The position numbers were made by a program, and so were the translations under genes. Positions 27,190-38,457 of a DNA stretch of 64,000 bases are shown here, piece by piece (position 1 is the first letter of the stretch; every line of letters begins with the position of its first letter). Source of the stretch: Lytechinus pictus (taxonomy: Eukaryota); the NCBI RefSeq assembly GCF_037042905.1, contig NC_087251.1:15006001-15070000 (forward strand), written 5' to 3'. The notes below the pieces were generated by a model. That model saw nothing but the letters and a program-made list of their open reading frames with translations, had not been told where the DNA came from and ran no database searches.

Positions 27190-29244
27190 TTAATGACTTT
27201 GCCATTATTTTCCTGCTATATATTACTGTCATGCGAACAAAAGAAGCAACTCTGTGGAACAAGTTTATGAGGAACTGTGTAAAATTGTCATTGTCATTTT
27301 ACATGTGGAAATATAGAATTTCTTGCTTTTTAAGTGACTCCATTTAGGAAACTTGGGGCCATGTGACTTCAATTAAACTGGCATCATGAAGAAATTACAT
27401 AATTAACCCAAATCAAGGAAAGTGTCAATTTTGAAGGATATAAAGTTGCTACCCTCTTTCCATATATACCCAGTAGGTATATTCAAGAAGACATCGTGGC
27501 CTCGGAGGAAACTTTCGAGAGCTTTGTTCTGTAGGATCTTCAAAGTCGTTGTTCCCAACTGTTTGGACATATGCAGGATGGAATCTCTGATAGAATGACG
27601 TTAATTTCCCGTCGGCATCACACCATATATGAAAAAAAACGAAGATAAGTGATCAGGACTTGTCTGATTTGGTAAACACGCAAGAAACTGAATTTGGAAA
27701 CCGCGTGCTGTATAATTATGTATAGGCCTACAGTACACAATACAACCAGGGAGTTGGGAGTCTCCCTGATACAACAGCACGGCAGACGGTACAGTACACA
27801 AGTCTATGGCTTATGTTGTGCTGCTTTGTGCGATCCGATTGATTATGTAATCCATATACGATAGTCTACGCTCAAAAACCTTATTGTAGGTATCAGGGGA
27901 AACATACACGATACGATTCATTTATGATGTTTTTGTGTGTTTAATTTGATTTCTTTTATAAATTATTTACAGCAAAAAGTCCTTTCTTAGGTAATTAATA
28001 TTCATTTTATCGGTAGATCACACCATATTTCTCAACCCAGCAATCTTCCCTGCTGTTAACAAAGACTAGCAGCTGAACGGCAGGCGTGTCCACTTTTAAC
28101 GACTTTCCCTCAAAAATCTGAGGGAGTGACGTCACCGCGGAGCAACTGGTCTAGACGATATTTTCTCGGAGTACAGGTTCTCGGTTTTGCGCGCACACTC
28201 GGCTGGGCGTACGCACGGAATAGAACGTATATATCGGTGCAAATAAATTCGTTTAATATCGTCTAGAACTAGACTACAAAATGTCTAAATGCAGTACCGC
28301 TACTACTATGTACTAGCTACTACCTAGCTATATTATACGTATACCGGTAGTTAGTTTCGGATCGGCGTCGGCACCTATTCTCGATTCAATTTCAGAAACT
28401 AATTTCAACGACAGTCGAAATCAATTTTGTGGGACTCATTTTAAAAGCGCTGGAGTATTTTATTATCTTTTGTTCTTAGAAAAAATATGCTTAAATTTCT
28501 ACATTAGACTTTATGTATTTTCAAAACATTATTTGTATTTCATTTAATAAGAAAATAAGTCTTGATTAAAGAAAATCACACGATGGGGGTGTGTTGTGGG
28601 TGTGTCCGAGGCCTACACCCATGCGTACACCCCCCCCCCCCCATGCGAAACACAAGGCCAGCATTGAGAGAAGGATTTAGTGGTCTAATAAGTCGAAAAC
28701 CTTGCTATAAGATCCATGAAAACACAAATCACATGTTCATCAGCTGCATCAGCGCGGGGGGGCAGGGGGCAGTTGCCCCCCATTAATTCAGAAAACTTAA
28801 ATTTTTTACTGAAAATTTTCACAAAATTCACCAAAAGTATGCACCAAAACCTACAATTTCACTTGACACAATGCAAAAAAGTTTATGCATACGCGTGCTG
28901 CCCCCCCCCCCCCCCCCGGTGAAAAGTTTTTGGGTAGGCATTGGTCATATGGCCAGTCATATCAAAGAAAACTGATTAAAAATTATTGCTTTCATTTACA
29001 TTATTCAAAGTAATCCCCTCTTTAAAAAAAAACCTTGCCTTTATTCTGCACCTATTCTCCTTTCTTGCCAAATTATCATTTTATTATTTTTTACATGTCA
29101 ATTTCGCACGCCCGCAGCTCTGTTCCCGTATCCATCATCATGGAGGAAAAACATTATGACGTGCTGAAATAAAGTTTTGCCTCCATGATGAAGGATACAA
29201 TGATGTACGATATTTGCTCATTGCAGCGTAATGGTACACGCACC

Positions 29245-31253
29245 CATGGACCTGGAAAGCGGGGGTGCTCGGGTGCTGCGTGTATTATTTTCCATAGGCA
29301 GCACCCCAAATCAGGTTCCCCCTGTATTTTTTTAAATATGTTATAATGTACATAATTATCACATCCGTCAATCACATATCATTTACTACTGTCTTTCACA
29401 TATTCCAATAACATATATCCCTGGCCCTCCTCAATCAAGCTTCGGCCCTCTGATACAGACATGGTCGCGCGCAATACGTGATAACAGCGTGATAACCATG
29501 CAAACTACTCGATAGCAGAGAGGGACATGGGTGTGGTTCGACTTGAAAATTCCACTGCAGGTTTTATCTCGAATCAAGTGTGCGCGCGCCCGACCGCCGG
29601 TGTTTTGTATATTACAAGTCAGACAATAGAAATCAAATTTCACAGTCTTTTACGCCCTAACCCATGGCCCTCGGAAGTGGGGGTGCTGAAAAACACCCCC
29701 AAAATTTTCTTTGGGGTGCTGCGTGTGTTATTTTCCATAGGTACCTTTTGAAAATCTGTAGGTATGATGAATGACAGAAATGTATTGAAAATAAACGACG
29801 TTTTGTAGAACCCCCCCCCCCCCTACAGAATTTTCCGACATAGTACTTGGAAAGTGTTTAAATTCACCCTTTTTCAGATCGTAATATCAAATATTCTCTG
29901 CTCGCGCTTCGCGCTCGCATTATTGATTTTTATATTAAAAAATGTATTTAGAATGCCCAGATACTAGGTCTGAAGCTAAACACGCACACGCATGTTTATT
30001 CAGATACGCAGCTTGTTTTGGGGGTACTCCGGGCTAAAAATATTTACATCAAATACATTTTATCAAAATAAACTAATTTTATCAAAATCTTATTACATAT
30101 AGTAAAGTTATTTAATTCTAAAGTTTATCAATATTTTGTGAAAACGGTGATATGCATGTCGTCATGAATATTTAGTAGGTGGGTTGATGTCACATCCCCA
30201 CTATCCTTTTTCTTAAGTTATGTTATTACATGGAATCAAAATTGTTTCATTTTTTCATACCAGTGTGAATGATATGTCTCCCTTATAATGAAATAAGTTT
30301 CAGCAAAGAATATCTAATGGACTAATTCAGTTGTCAATTCAATTGTTTCGGTTCTTGAAGGGAAAATATTGAATAAACCCAATTTTATGTAATAAAATAC
30401 GAAAGAACAAGTGGGGATATGGCATCATCAGTTTGCTCCTTGAATATTAATGAAGACATGCCTAAAGCTGTTTCACCGGAATAATGTTAACCTTCAACTG
30501 CAATAACTTTGATATTCCTTGTCTGATTTTGATCAAATCTTCATTCTGTTGTTCGTCTGATATTTTTCTATCTCTTCAAACCATATTACATTCAGTCTGG
30601 AGTACCCCTTTAAACGTGCGTAAATTATAAAGTTTCAGATCTGAATACAAAAAATATTCTGCTCGCGCTTCGAACTCAAATTATAAATGTAGGAAGATAT
30701 CCAATTACCCATCATTTTCTTTATTTACAAAACACGAATGAAATGTCTTGTTTTTAGGTCTGAAATCTCAATTTTGTTTCCGCTCGCGCTTTGCGCTGGC
30801 ATCAATTGTATAGTTATAAATACATATCCTGTTCATGACTAGAAAAGTGCTTAAGATGTCCTGTTTTTAGATCTGAAATCTCATTTTTATTTCCGCTCGC
30901 ATATCAAGTGTACAGTTATTGTCTATCCTGTTCATGATTACAAAAAAGTGCTTAGAATTTCCAGTATTATGTCGGAATGTCAAGTTTTCATCTCGAGCTT
31001 CGCGCTCGCATTATTTGATTGTTGATATATGCATTGTCTTCATAATGGGTAACTGGAAACAGTCCTCATAACAGATCCCTTTCGATCAGGCATGAGCGTA
31101 TATTAAAAATATCTGCTCGCGCTGATCTCGCTCGCAGTTATTATTTGTTATATACGCATCTTGTTCAGGACCACAAACATTGCTCAAAATGTTCAATTTT
31201 CAGGACAAATTACATGAAATTTCCAAAAAAAATTAGCTCGCGCTTCGCGCTCG

Positions 31254-31309
<56 letters not shown>

Positions 31310-31400
31310 ATAAAAGAACAATGGAAAACTCAATTGTATCCCCCCACCTTTGAGGAGAGGTTTCAGCACCCCCACTGAAAAAATCGTTCCCAGGGCCCTG
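29245..31400. mobile_element. hAT-type non-autonomous element, ~2.15 kb
   Basis: Perfect TSD CACGCACC at 29237-29244 and 31401-31408; TIR CATGGACCTGGAAAGCG / CGTTCCCAGGGCCCTG. Contains a duplicated left end at ~29663 and periodic GCTCGCGCTTCGCGCTCGC motifs. Confidence 0.8.
30020..30609. mobile_element. TTAA-type MITE nested in the hAT element
   Basis: GGGGTACTCCGGGCT...AGTCTGGAGTACCCCT|TTAA; left TTAA decayed. Confidence 0.65.
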
Positions 31401-31629
31401 CACGCACCCAACCGTCACAATCATGAACGGGGTGATTTCAATCAACATACATTATTAATGAACAGTTGCCATGGTGCAAACAAATAGTGATAGAATGTTA
31501 CAGAAAACTTTCATCAGTTGTAAAGCAGTTTTTATAACTGAAAATAAACTTCTCATATCGTTAAAGCGCTAGGAGAAGTATGTTAAAGCGATATGCTCTA
31601 TACCAATTAAGTAGGGAACATTATCGTTA

Positions 31630-32840
31630 ATTCAATTCAATTCTTTATTCCATTTCCATTCAAAACATAATACAAAGTGATATAAAGTAATACAAATCAA
31701 GTACAATTTTACAGACGAGCACTCTTACTTCGTAAAACAAAAAACAGTATAATATTGAGCATAAATGGAAATGAGGGGGGTCCACTAAAAAGCAAAGCTT
31801 GTAAAGTGTGGATCCCCCTTGGAAATGAAGAAAATATAATCGACTTATTCATATATCCGTGTATATACAGGAAAGAAAAAAGAGAAGGAACAAAAAGGTC
31901 GAAATCATATTGATGTAAACATAATTACAGAACAAATGCAAAGCTATTCATACAAAGAGGTCTTCGCTGTGAAGGATATGTTGAGCAATAGACAGAAGAA
32001 AAAGCAGAAAGAGAGAGGGAATGACAAGACATAGAAGACAAGACAAAACAAGAGACAGGACAGTACAAGACAAGATAACATAATGAGTATTATTTTTAAA
32101 GAGGAAAAGTCAGAATCGGGGAAGGGCTGACCACAAACCAGCTTGATCTGGTGAAGTAACAAAAAATGATATAACTGAACAATATAAGATGAAAAAAAGA
32201 TTAAAAAAAAAAAATGTAAGGATAATAATCAAGATAATGAATTGTTAGTTCCGTTGCGAAGAATTATAGGAATGAAGCATGATAAGTTTGAGTTTACGTT
32301 TGAATGAATTTAAAGAGACACTGTCTTTAACATTATTAGACATAACAGAGAGTTCCAGAAATTAGGACCGTAATAGGAATGTATGTTTGGCCAGTAAAGT
32401 TCTGAAAAGTGGTATATGAAGTTCGTCAGAGTGTATCGTGGGGTAGTTATGATAAAATTGATTTTTAGGGAACATGGCATCAAAAATATGGGGAAGTGCA
32501 TTATCATTCTAACTATACATGAAGTGCCCTAACTGTAGTAAATACAGGTCTTTGACTTTTAACAGTTTACTTTCTAGAAAAAGTGGGTCCGTATGAGAAC
32601 GGAAAGCTGTACTATAAATAATACAAAGTGTTTTCTTTTGCAAAAGTAACAATTTATCTAATAAATATTAATGGGTATTACCCCCAAATAAGAATCCCGT
32701 AGTTTAAATAAGGCAAAATTAAGGATGAGTAAAGCATGATTAATGATGTGGAGGGAATGCAAAATTGTAGCCTATTAATAATACCTATATTTCGTGAAAT
32801 TATTTTGGATATATTTTCAATATGATTTTTCCAAGAAAGC
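31630..32840 (-). mobile_element. 5'-truncated CR1-like LINE (ORF2 C-terminus and 3' UTR)
   Basis: LSWKNHIENISKIISRNIGIINRL...LYSSLILPYLNYGILIWG, then a decayed ...RSHTDPLFLESKLLKVKDLY...; tail AATAAA(GAATT)n. Confidence 0.8.
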
Positions 32841-33061
32841 CTTGTAAAAATTTCTGCTTTATTCATATTCATCTCCTTGAAACTGGAGCAATCTAAGTCT
32901 TCAGACGCTATTTGTGAATTTTGATTTGATTTTGTAATACAAAATATGTTTCGCAATGTTATCATAATTTCACATTACTTCAACACATAATTGGCAAAAT
33001 GTATGTCATAAGTTATGTTTCTTTCCGTTTTCGTGTGCCTTTGATGCATTAGGGTTTAATA

Positions 33062-33334
33062 ATATAGGATAATATAGGATATTTATATTGCGCACATATC
33101 CACCTTGTTAGGTGTTCAAGGCGCTCCTATATTACCCGGCTAAGCTATGCGTTCATAGCGCACACAGCTTCTTAAGGAATTACTTCCTACCGGTACCCAT
33201 TTACCTCACCTGGGTTGAGTGCAGCACATTGTGGATCAGTTTCTTGCTGAAGGAAATTACGCCATGGCTGGGATTCGAACCCACGACCCTCTGTTTCAAA
33301 GTCCGGAGACTAATCCACTGGGCCACAACGCTCC
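33062..33334 (-). mobile_element. tRNA-derived SINE, near full length
   Basis: The reverse strand begins GGAGCGTTGTGGCCCAGTGG (A box)...GGTTCGAATCC (B box), followed by a non-tRNA body and a simple-repeat tail. Confidence 0.8.
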
Positions 33335-34789
33335 AAAGCTAAAAACATCCTCGGCAAAAATGTCTGACTTCCTACTTTCTCCCAAAGCCTTGTAAAATTT
33401 CTGCTTTATTCATATTTATATCTCCATGAAACTTAGTCAATCCATGTGTCAATGACATTTATTATCATTTTCTATTTCCCTTTTTTTTCTTGTGTTCTGT
33501 TTCTCCCCCCCCCCCTTCCTGCATTCCTCTCTTTTTCTTATCCGTCCCCATCCGCTTCGTTTTTGTAGGTTTCTTTCTTTTATCTTCTATTTTTTTATGT
33601 TCCGAATTCATTCCAATTCATTCAGTTCTGATATAATGTACAGGTATTCACTTTTATTTCATGACTATAAATATCACATGCTCTAACCAGACAGGCAAAT
33701 GATATATTTATTCCAACTTTCAAATACACATTTTCACGAATCACTATTCAATATGTCGGACACAAACTTTGGAATTCTTTATCTAAACATTCACACACAC
33801 TCATTTCTTTCAAACGTAAATATACAATTTCCCATTTTACTCCTTGTGGTATGTTTTTTTTGCCTCCCCTCCCCTTTATTCGTGTTATTCTGTCTTTCTG
33901 CTTTGTATGGTTTTTCATATGTAATTAATGTATTCCATTTATTTTGTCATTGGGGATTGACCCTGATAGATCAATATGGCCTTTGTCAATCCCCTCCACA
34001 TTTTGATTTTCTTATGTTTTTTATTTAATACATTGTAACTATTTAGATTTGTATTGTAATTATCTATGAATGCATTTTGATTGTACCGATGTCTGTATTT
34101 TTATTCAATATGTGGATAATAAATTGACATTCATTGATCCACACTATATTTGTGTCAAAAAGAGTATTACTTGAATGTAGGGTAGAAAGATGGCCTTGTG
34201 TGTTATAGTGGAGTTGAGTAGGTGGGAAAGAAACTTGAAATGGATATATTAAATTCACACTTATACACTATCCCCATCTCCTTTACAGCTGTTTTTAGGG
34301 GCATATGCCAGGGACGCCCCAATGTCCGACAACAATCGTTCATATATCTATGCACTGTGGTTTCACGTGGTTGCCTAGCTCTCAAGCTGATATAGCTCTT
34401 TTTGTTGGTGGGGGTCGGGGTTTGGGGGCGTCTGCCGGAGACACTTCACCACTTGAAATATCTGGCAATGGCCATTCATGTGTCGATAAAGCATTTTGCC
34501 GTTGGTTAACGCGGTAACCTTTCCAGCTGATCAAGCAAAATTGTGGCCCCAGATTGAGGGCGTCTGCCGTTTACGCCCCACCACTAAAGAGTCTAGCAAT
34601 AGTCATTCATGTGTCGTCGTCAACGATGCTTAGCATTTTTTTTTTTTTTGGGGGGGGGGGGGCTAATTTTCGGGCCCCTGGCAATACCGGATGTCCCTCC
34701 CTTTCATTGTATTGTGTGGGGAATCATGTTATTTACACAGTTGTCTACTTTTCCAGCTTCGGTGACACCTACTGGCTCCTGCTCTATAT

Positions 34790-34941
34790 TCCTGCCCGTA
34801 CCCATTTACCTCACCTGGGTTAAGTGTAGCACATTATGCCGTAGATTAATTTCTTGCTCAAGAAAATTACGCCATGGCTGGGCTTTGAACACACAGCCTT
34901 CTGTTTCAAAGTCCGGAGACTAAGTCGCTGGACAAAACGCT
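34790..34941 (-). mobile_element. Diverged partial copy of the same SINE
   Basis: Aligns with 33185-33330 (GTACCCATTTACCTCACCTGGGTT...TTTCAAAGTCCGGAGACTAA). Confidence 0.75.
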
Positions 34942-35375
34942 TTAAAACAAATATAAGGCGGGAGATATGAAATAAAAGTGTTTTTTTTTATTAATTCACA
35001 TTTAGTCGGTCGCCTAATCAAAATAGAACTATTTACTATATTGTTAATAAATCTACTTTTCAAGCATGGAATGGGCTGAATAATTTTCAGTCGGATCCAA
35101 TCACTACAATTGTTTGAAGGAGTTTCTGTATTTATTGTAGATTTAGTCAAAATATTACTTTACAATACATAACATCACATAATAAAGTCCATTACAACGT
35201 GAAAAATTTATAACAGAGGGGTGATAACAGAATTTAGACATTAATACAATATTGCAATCATTAAATAAAGTTATGAGAAAATGCAGAGGCCAACTATTAT
35301 AAGCCAAACAAAAAATGCTTGAGTCATAGCAGCCACACAGGAAACTTGGAAGATAATCGTTCAGATTTTACGTCT

Positions 35376-35533
35376 CAGGGGCCGCGGAAGCGGCGGGCTG
35401 GGGGGTGGGGGGCTTCAGCCCTCCCACTTTTTTCCAAACCGTGTACAAAAACGTAAAAATGACCATATGATTGTGATTTTTTTGCATGGTCAGCCCCCCT
35501 CCCCCACTTTGAAATACCGTTCCGCGGCCCCTG
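35376..35533. mobile_element. hAT-type MITE
   Basis: TIR CAGGGGCCGCGGAA / TTCCGCGGCCCCTG; no TSD visible. Confidence 0.6.
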
Positions 35534-35536
35534 CAA

Positions 35537-35551
35537 TTAGTAGAAGTAGCA

Positions 35552-35597
<46 letters not shown>

Positions 35598-35915
35598 CTG
35601 TAGGGCAATTCCATAAAACAGTAAAATGTTTAGTCCGACCCCTACATGTGGGACCTCCATGAAATTTTCTGTCTCTGATTTCTTGTTCTTTTGACAGTCT
35701 GTAAATGTTCTCAAAGAACCATGTCTTGGTCAGTTTATGAAGTGAATTAAAACTTGAGAAAAATGGGGGTCAGACGTTCAAAAATTGATTACTAGTATTT
35801 TATAGAATTGCCCAGTAGTATAGCAGTCGAATTAGGAGCAGTAGTAGTAGTAGCAGCAACAACACCAGCAGCAGCAGTAGTGGTAGTAGTAGTAGTATAT
35901 AGTAGCAGCAGTAGT
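35537..35915. repeat. (AGT)n/(AGC)n microsatellites
   Basis: Runs at 35537-35597 and ~35815-35915. Confidence 0.85.
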
Positions 35916-36827
35916 TGTATATGATGGCGCTCTTCAATCTCTCCAGATCATACACATCCATGACATAAGTCACTTTCGCAAGTATAGGACTTCGGCTAAG
36001 GAAAGCCCATGTAACGTCGAACCATTTACTACTACCAATTACAATATGGTCCATTATGTCCATTATATAGCACAGTTGCGCTTTATACTTGGTTTCATAT
36101 TATTCCACCGGCTGTTAGGTGACTTCAACATCATTGATTAGTCACACATCATCATTTTAGTAGGTCCTACATGTATTTATCCGGCCCCCTCCTTTTTTTT
36201 TTTTTTTTTTTTTTTTTGCTTTTTGCTCATTACGCCACTGCTTCACCGAATAACAAATTCCATGACAAAGTAAATGAAACACGATTCGTGGAAAACGCCA
36301 GCTAACTAAAACGGTTAGTTGCAACTTAAAAAAATTCACGAATATAATTAGGATTAGTTATTGTCTAAGGTTCGGGTTATTCAATTTCAGTTTTAGGAAC
36401 ATTATGCGTCTCTCTTTTTTATTTTTTGAAGAAAATAAAATATTATGTTCGATAGTTTAAAATACTTTGCATATCTCACAGAGGCCCAACGAATGCTGTT
36501 TGTTTGATTTTTTTTATCATCACCTGATTCGATATTCAAAATCAAACAAAGGAAAATGTATACAGTGGTGCAAAAGTTAGTGAATGCCACCAGAATATGA
36601 ACATATTTAAAGTGTTCAAGTTCTGCCAGGTGATAAAGTATGACATTCAATAAAGTTTGTTTCTCTGGCCTCGTCGAACATATAGTCATGATAGAAGTGT
36701 TGTTGTCTCCGGGTGTTGTCTACATTCACACCAGCATGAAGGAGTGCATTTTGTGGTGGGTTCACCAACCTTTGAGCACAACTGTATGTGTATACATAAT
36801 TTAAAAAAAGAAATATTAAATAACAGT

Positions 36828-37040
36828 AATATTATTATCATATTTATTATTATTTTTATTATTATCATTATTATTTTTATCATAATCATTATTATAATGA
36901 TAATCATCATCATTATTATCATTATTACTATTATTATTATTATCATTATTATTATTATTATTAGTAGTAGTAGTAGTAGTAGTTGTTGTTGTTGTTGTTG
37001 GGTTATAACAATAATGATAATAAGATGAATAATAATAATA
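36828..37040. repeat. Compound (ATT/ATC)n-(AGT)n-(GTT)n microsatellite
   Basis: Directly visible; explains the poly-Ile/Asn ORFs in the track. Confidence 0.9.
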
Positions 37041-38063
37041 GTTTAAATTACACATACCCACTCTTTTTTATTGCATGAGATAATCATATCTCCGAGAAAA
37101 CCTTTTCTAGTTGACTGCTTAACATCATTCTGAATAGCTTACAAAAATCTAACATTTCATTCCAATCTGCTTTCCCCCCCATATTTTTGCCTCAACATGC
37201 CCAATGGGCAATTTTATTTACTATTAAAGAAAACTTTTACTATTCAGAAGTAAGATAACATGAATTATAACAACCAATATTTTCCCATTCATATAATAAA
37301 TGTCACATTTATCTAAATAATATCTTTTCCAATATGCTTGCCAGATGATCCCATGATACATCGAGCGAGAGCGTGTAAATGAGCTTCTTGTGTTGAGTAA
37401 TACAGGTCTAAATAGTTTTGTTCATAGTGCATTTATTGGCATCGGACGATGTCATTGCCGTCAATATCTCAGTGTGAAGGAATCCATTCATAGGAGACAC
37501 AGACATCTTCAATTTTTGATAAAATTTTATTAACGACAGCGCATTCTATTAAGTATGAACTAAATGATTTGAAAGGCCGCCAAAGACATGAAGGAGTGGC
37601 AAAAAGTGACAACGGAACATGATTTATCAAAAGTGTCTTATCGCTCAAGTGCCATTAAAATGGGCATCAGTTCTGCTCTCATGATACTTACAAGAGATGA
37701 CATGAATTCTTAATTATATGATACTGGGGATCAGAAAAAGCAACTCCTTATCTAAGTTTTTCTAGTTAGAACCCTTCTGTAGAAATTAGGTCCATGGTAG
37801 AAACCGTCGATTGGATATATAGCCTACATTAAGTGCAAGTAACCATTTCACATTCTTCTTAGAAATATATAAACGCAGTCAAGAAAATGGTGCCATATCA
37901 AACATTTCTCTTCCATTTTTCGCGGCTTCATCCATGCCAGCGCAGTAGAGAATTGGAGAAAAAAATGTATCCACAAATGCAAACCTCAGATCTCAAACGT
38001 CTTTACCTATTCTCTCTTTCCTTTCCTCTCTTCCCCTCTCCCCTCACCTTCATCTTCTCTTTA

Positions 38064-38457
38064 TACGCATGTTTACACAGTGATTCGGCTCGGGGTTTGA
38101 CACGCGAGCTTTGCTCAACACGGCAATTTTATGCTGTGTAAACGCAATCAGTGTGATCCGCGAACGATGTCGCACACGGCTTTTATGATCCGCCAAATTC
38201 GTAGGTGTCAACCCGCGAGCCGAGCCACACTCGCCTATTATTTCGTGTTTGAAGAGAAAATCATGTCGAACCTGCATGACCTAGGTCAAACACGGCATAT
38301 TGGTATACGTCTATTCTACTTCCGTTCGTGATCTGCGGGCCGTGTCGAAATCACCTTTTTTGTTTCAGTATAAACGCGATCACAGTTGCCCTCTTCGCAG
38401 CGTTCGATCCTGCTTGAGGACTCAAAACTCGAGCCGAGTCGTGTGTAAACACGGTAT
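38064..38457. mobile_element. Palindromic MITE
   Basis: TGTTTACACAGTGATTCGGCTCG...CGAGCCGAGTCGTGTGTAAACA ends. Confidence 0.55.

Larger units (their letters stand above)
18831..28276. mobile_element. Non-autonomous Mutator-like (MULE) DNA transposon, ~9.45 kb, with nested insertions
   Basis: 9-bp direct repeat CAAAATGTC at 18822-18830 and 28277-28285. TIRs start TAGTCTAGTT. 18853-18991 is the exact reverse complement of 28127-28265 (139 bp). A 9-bp TSD with long TIRs is the Mutator signature; no transposase ORF seen. Confidence 0.85.

Noticed and set aside
33260..33334. tRNA-like sequence with A and B boxes on the minus strand
   Set aside because: It continues into a repeated non-tRNA body and tail and has a diverged copy at ~34790-34941, so it is a SINE head, not a tRNA gene.
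32835..33432. ~50-bp direct repeat (32835-32884 vs 33384-33432) as possible LTRs
   Set aside because: No TG...CA ends, primer-binding site or internal gag/pol; more likely a local duplication.
36657..37061. Poly-Ile/Asn/Thr ORFs
   Set aside because: They are translations of trinucleotide microsatellites.
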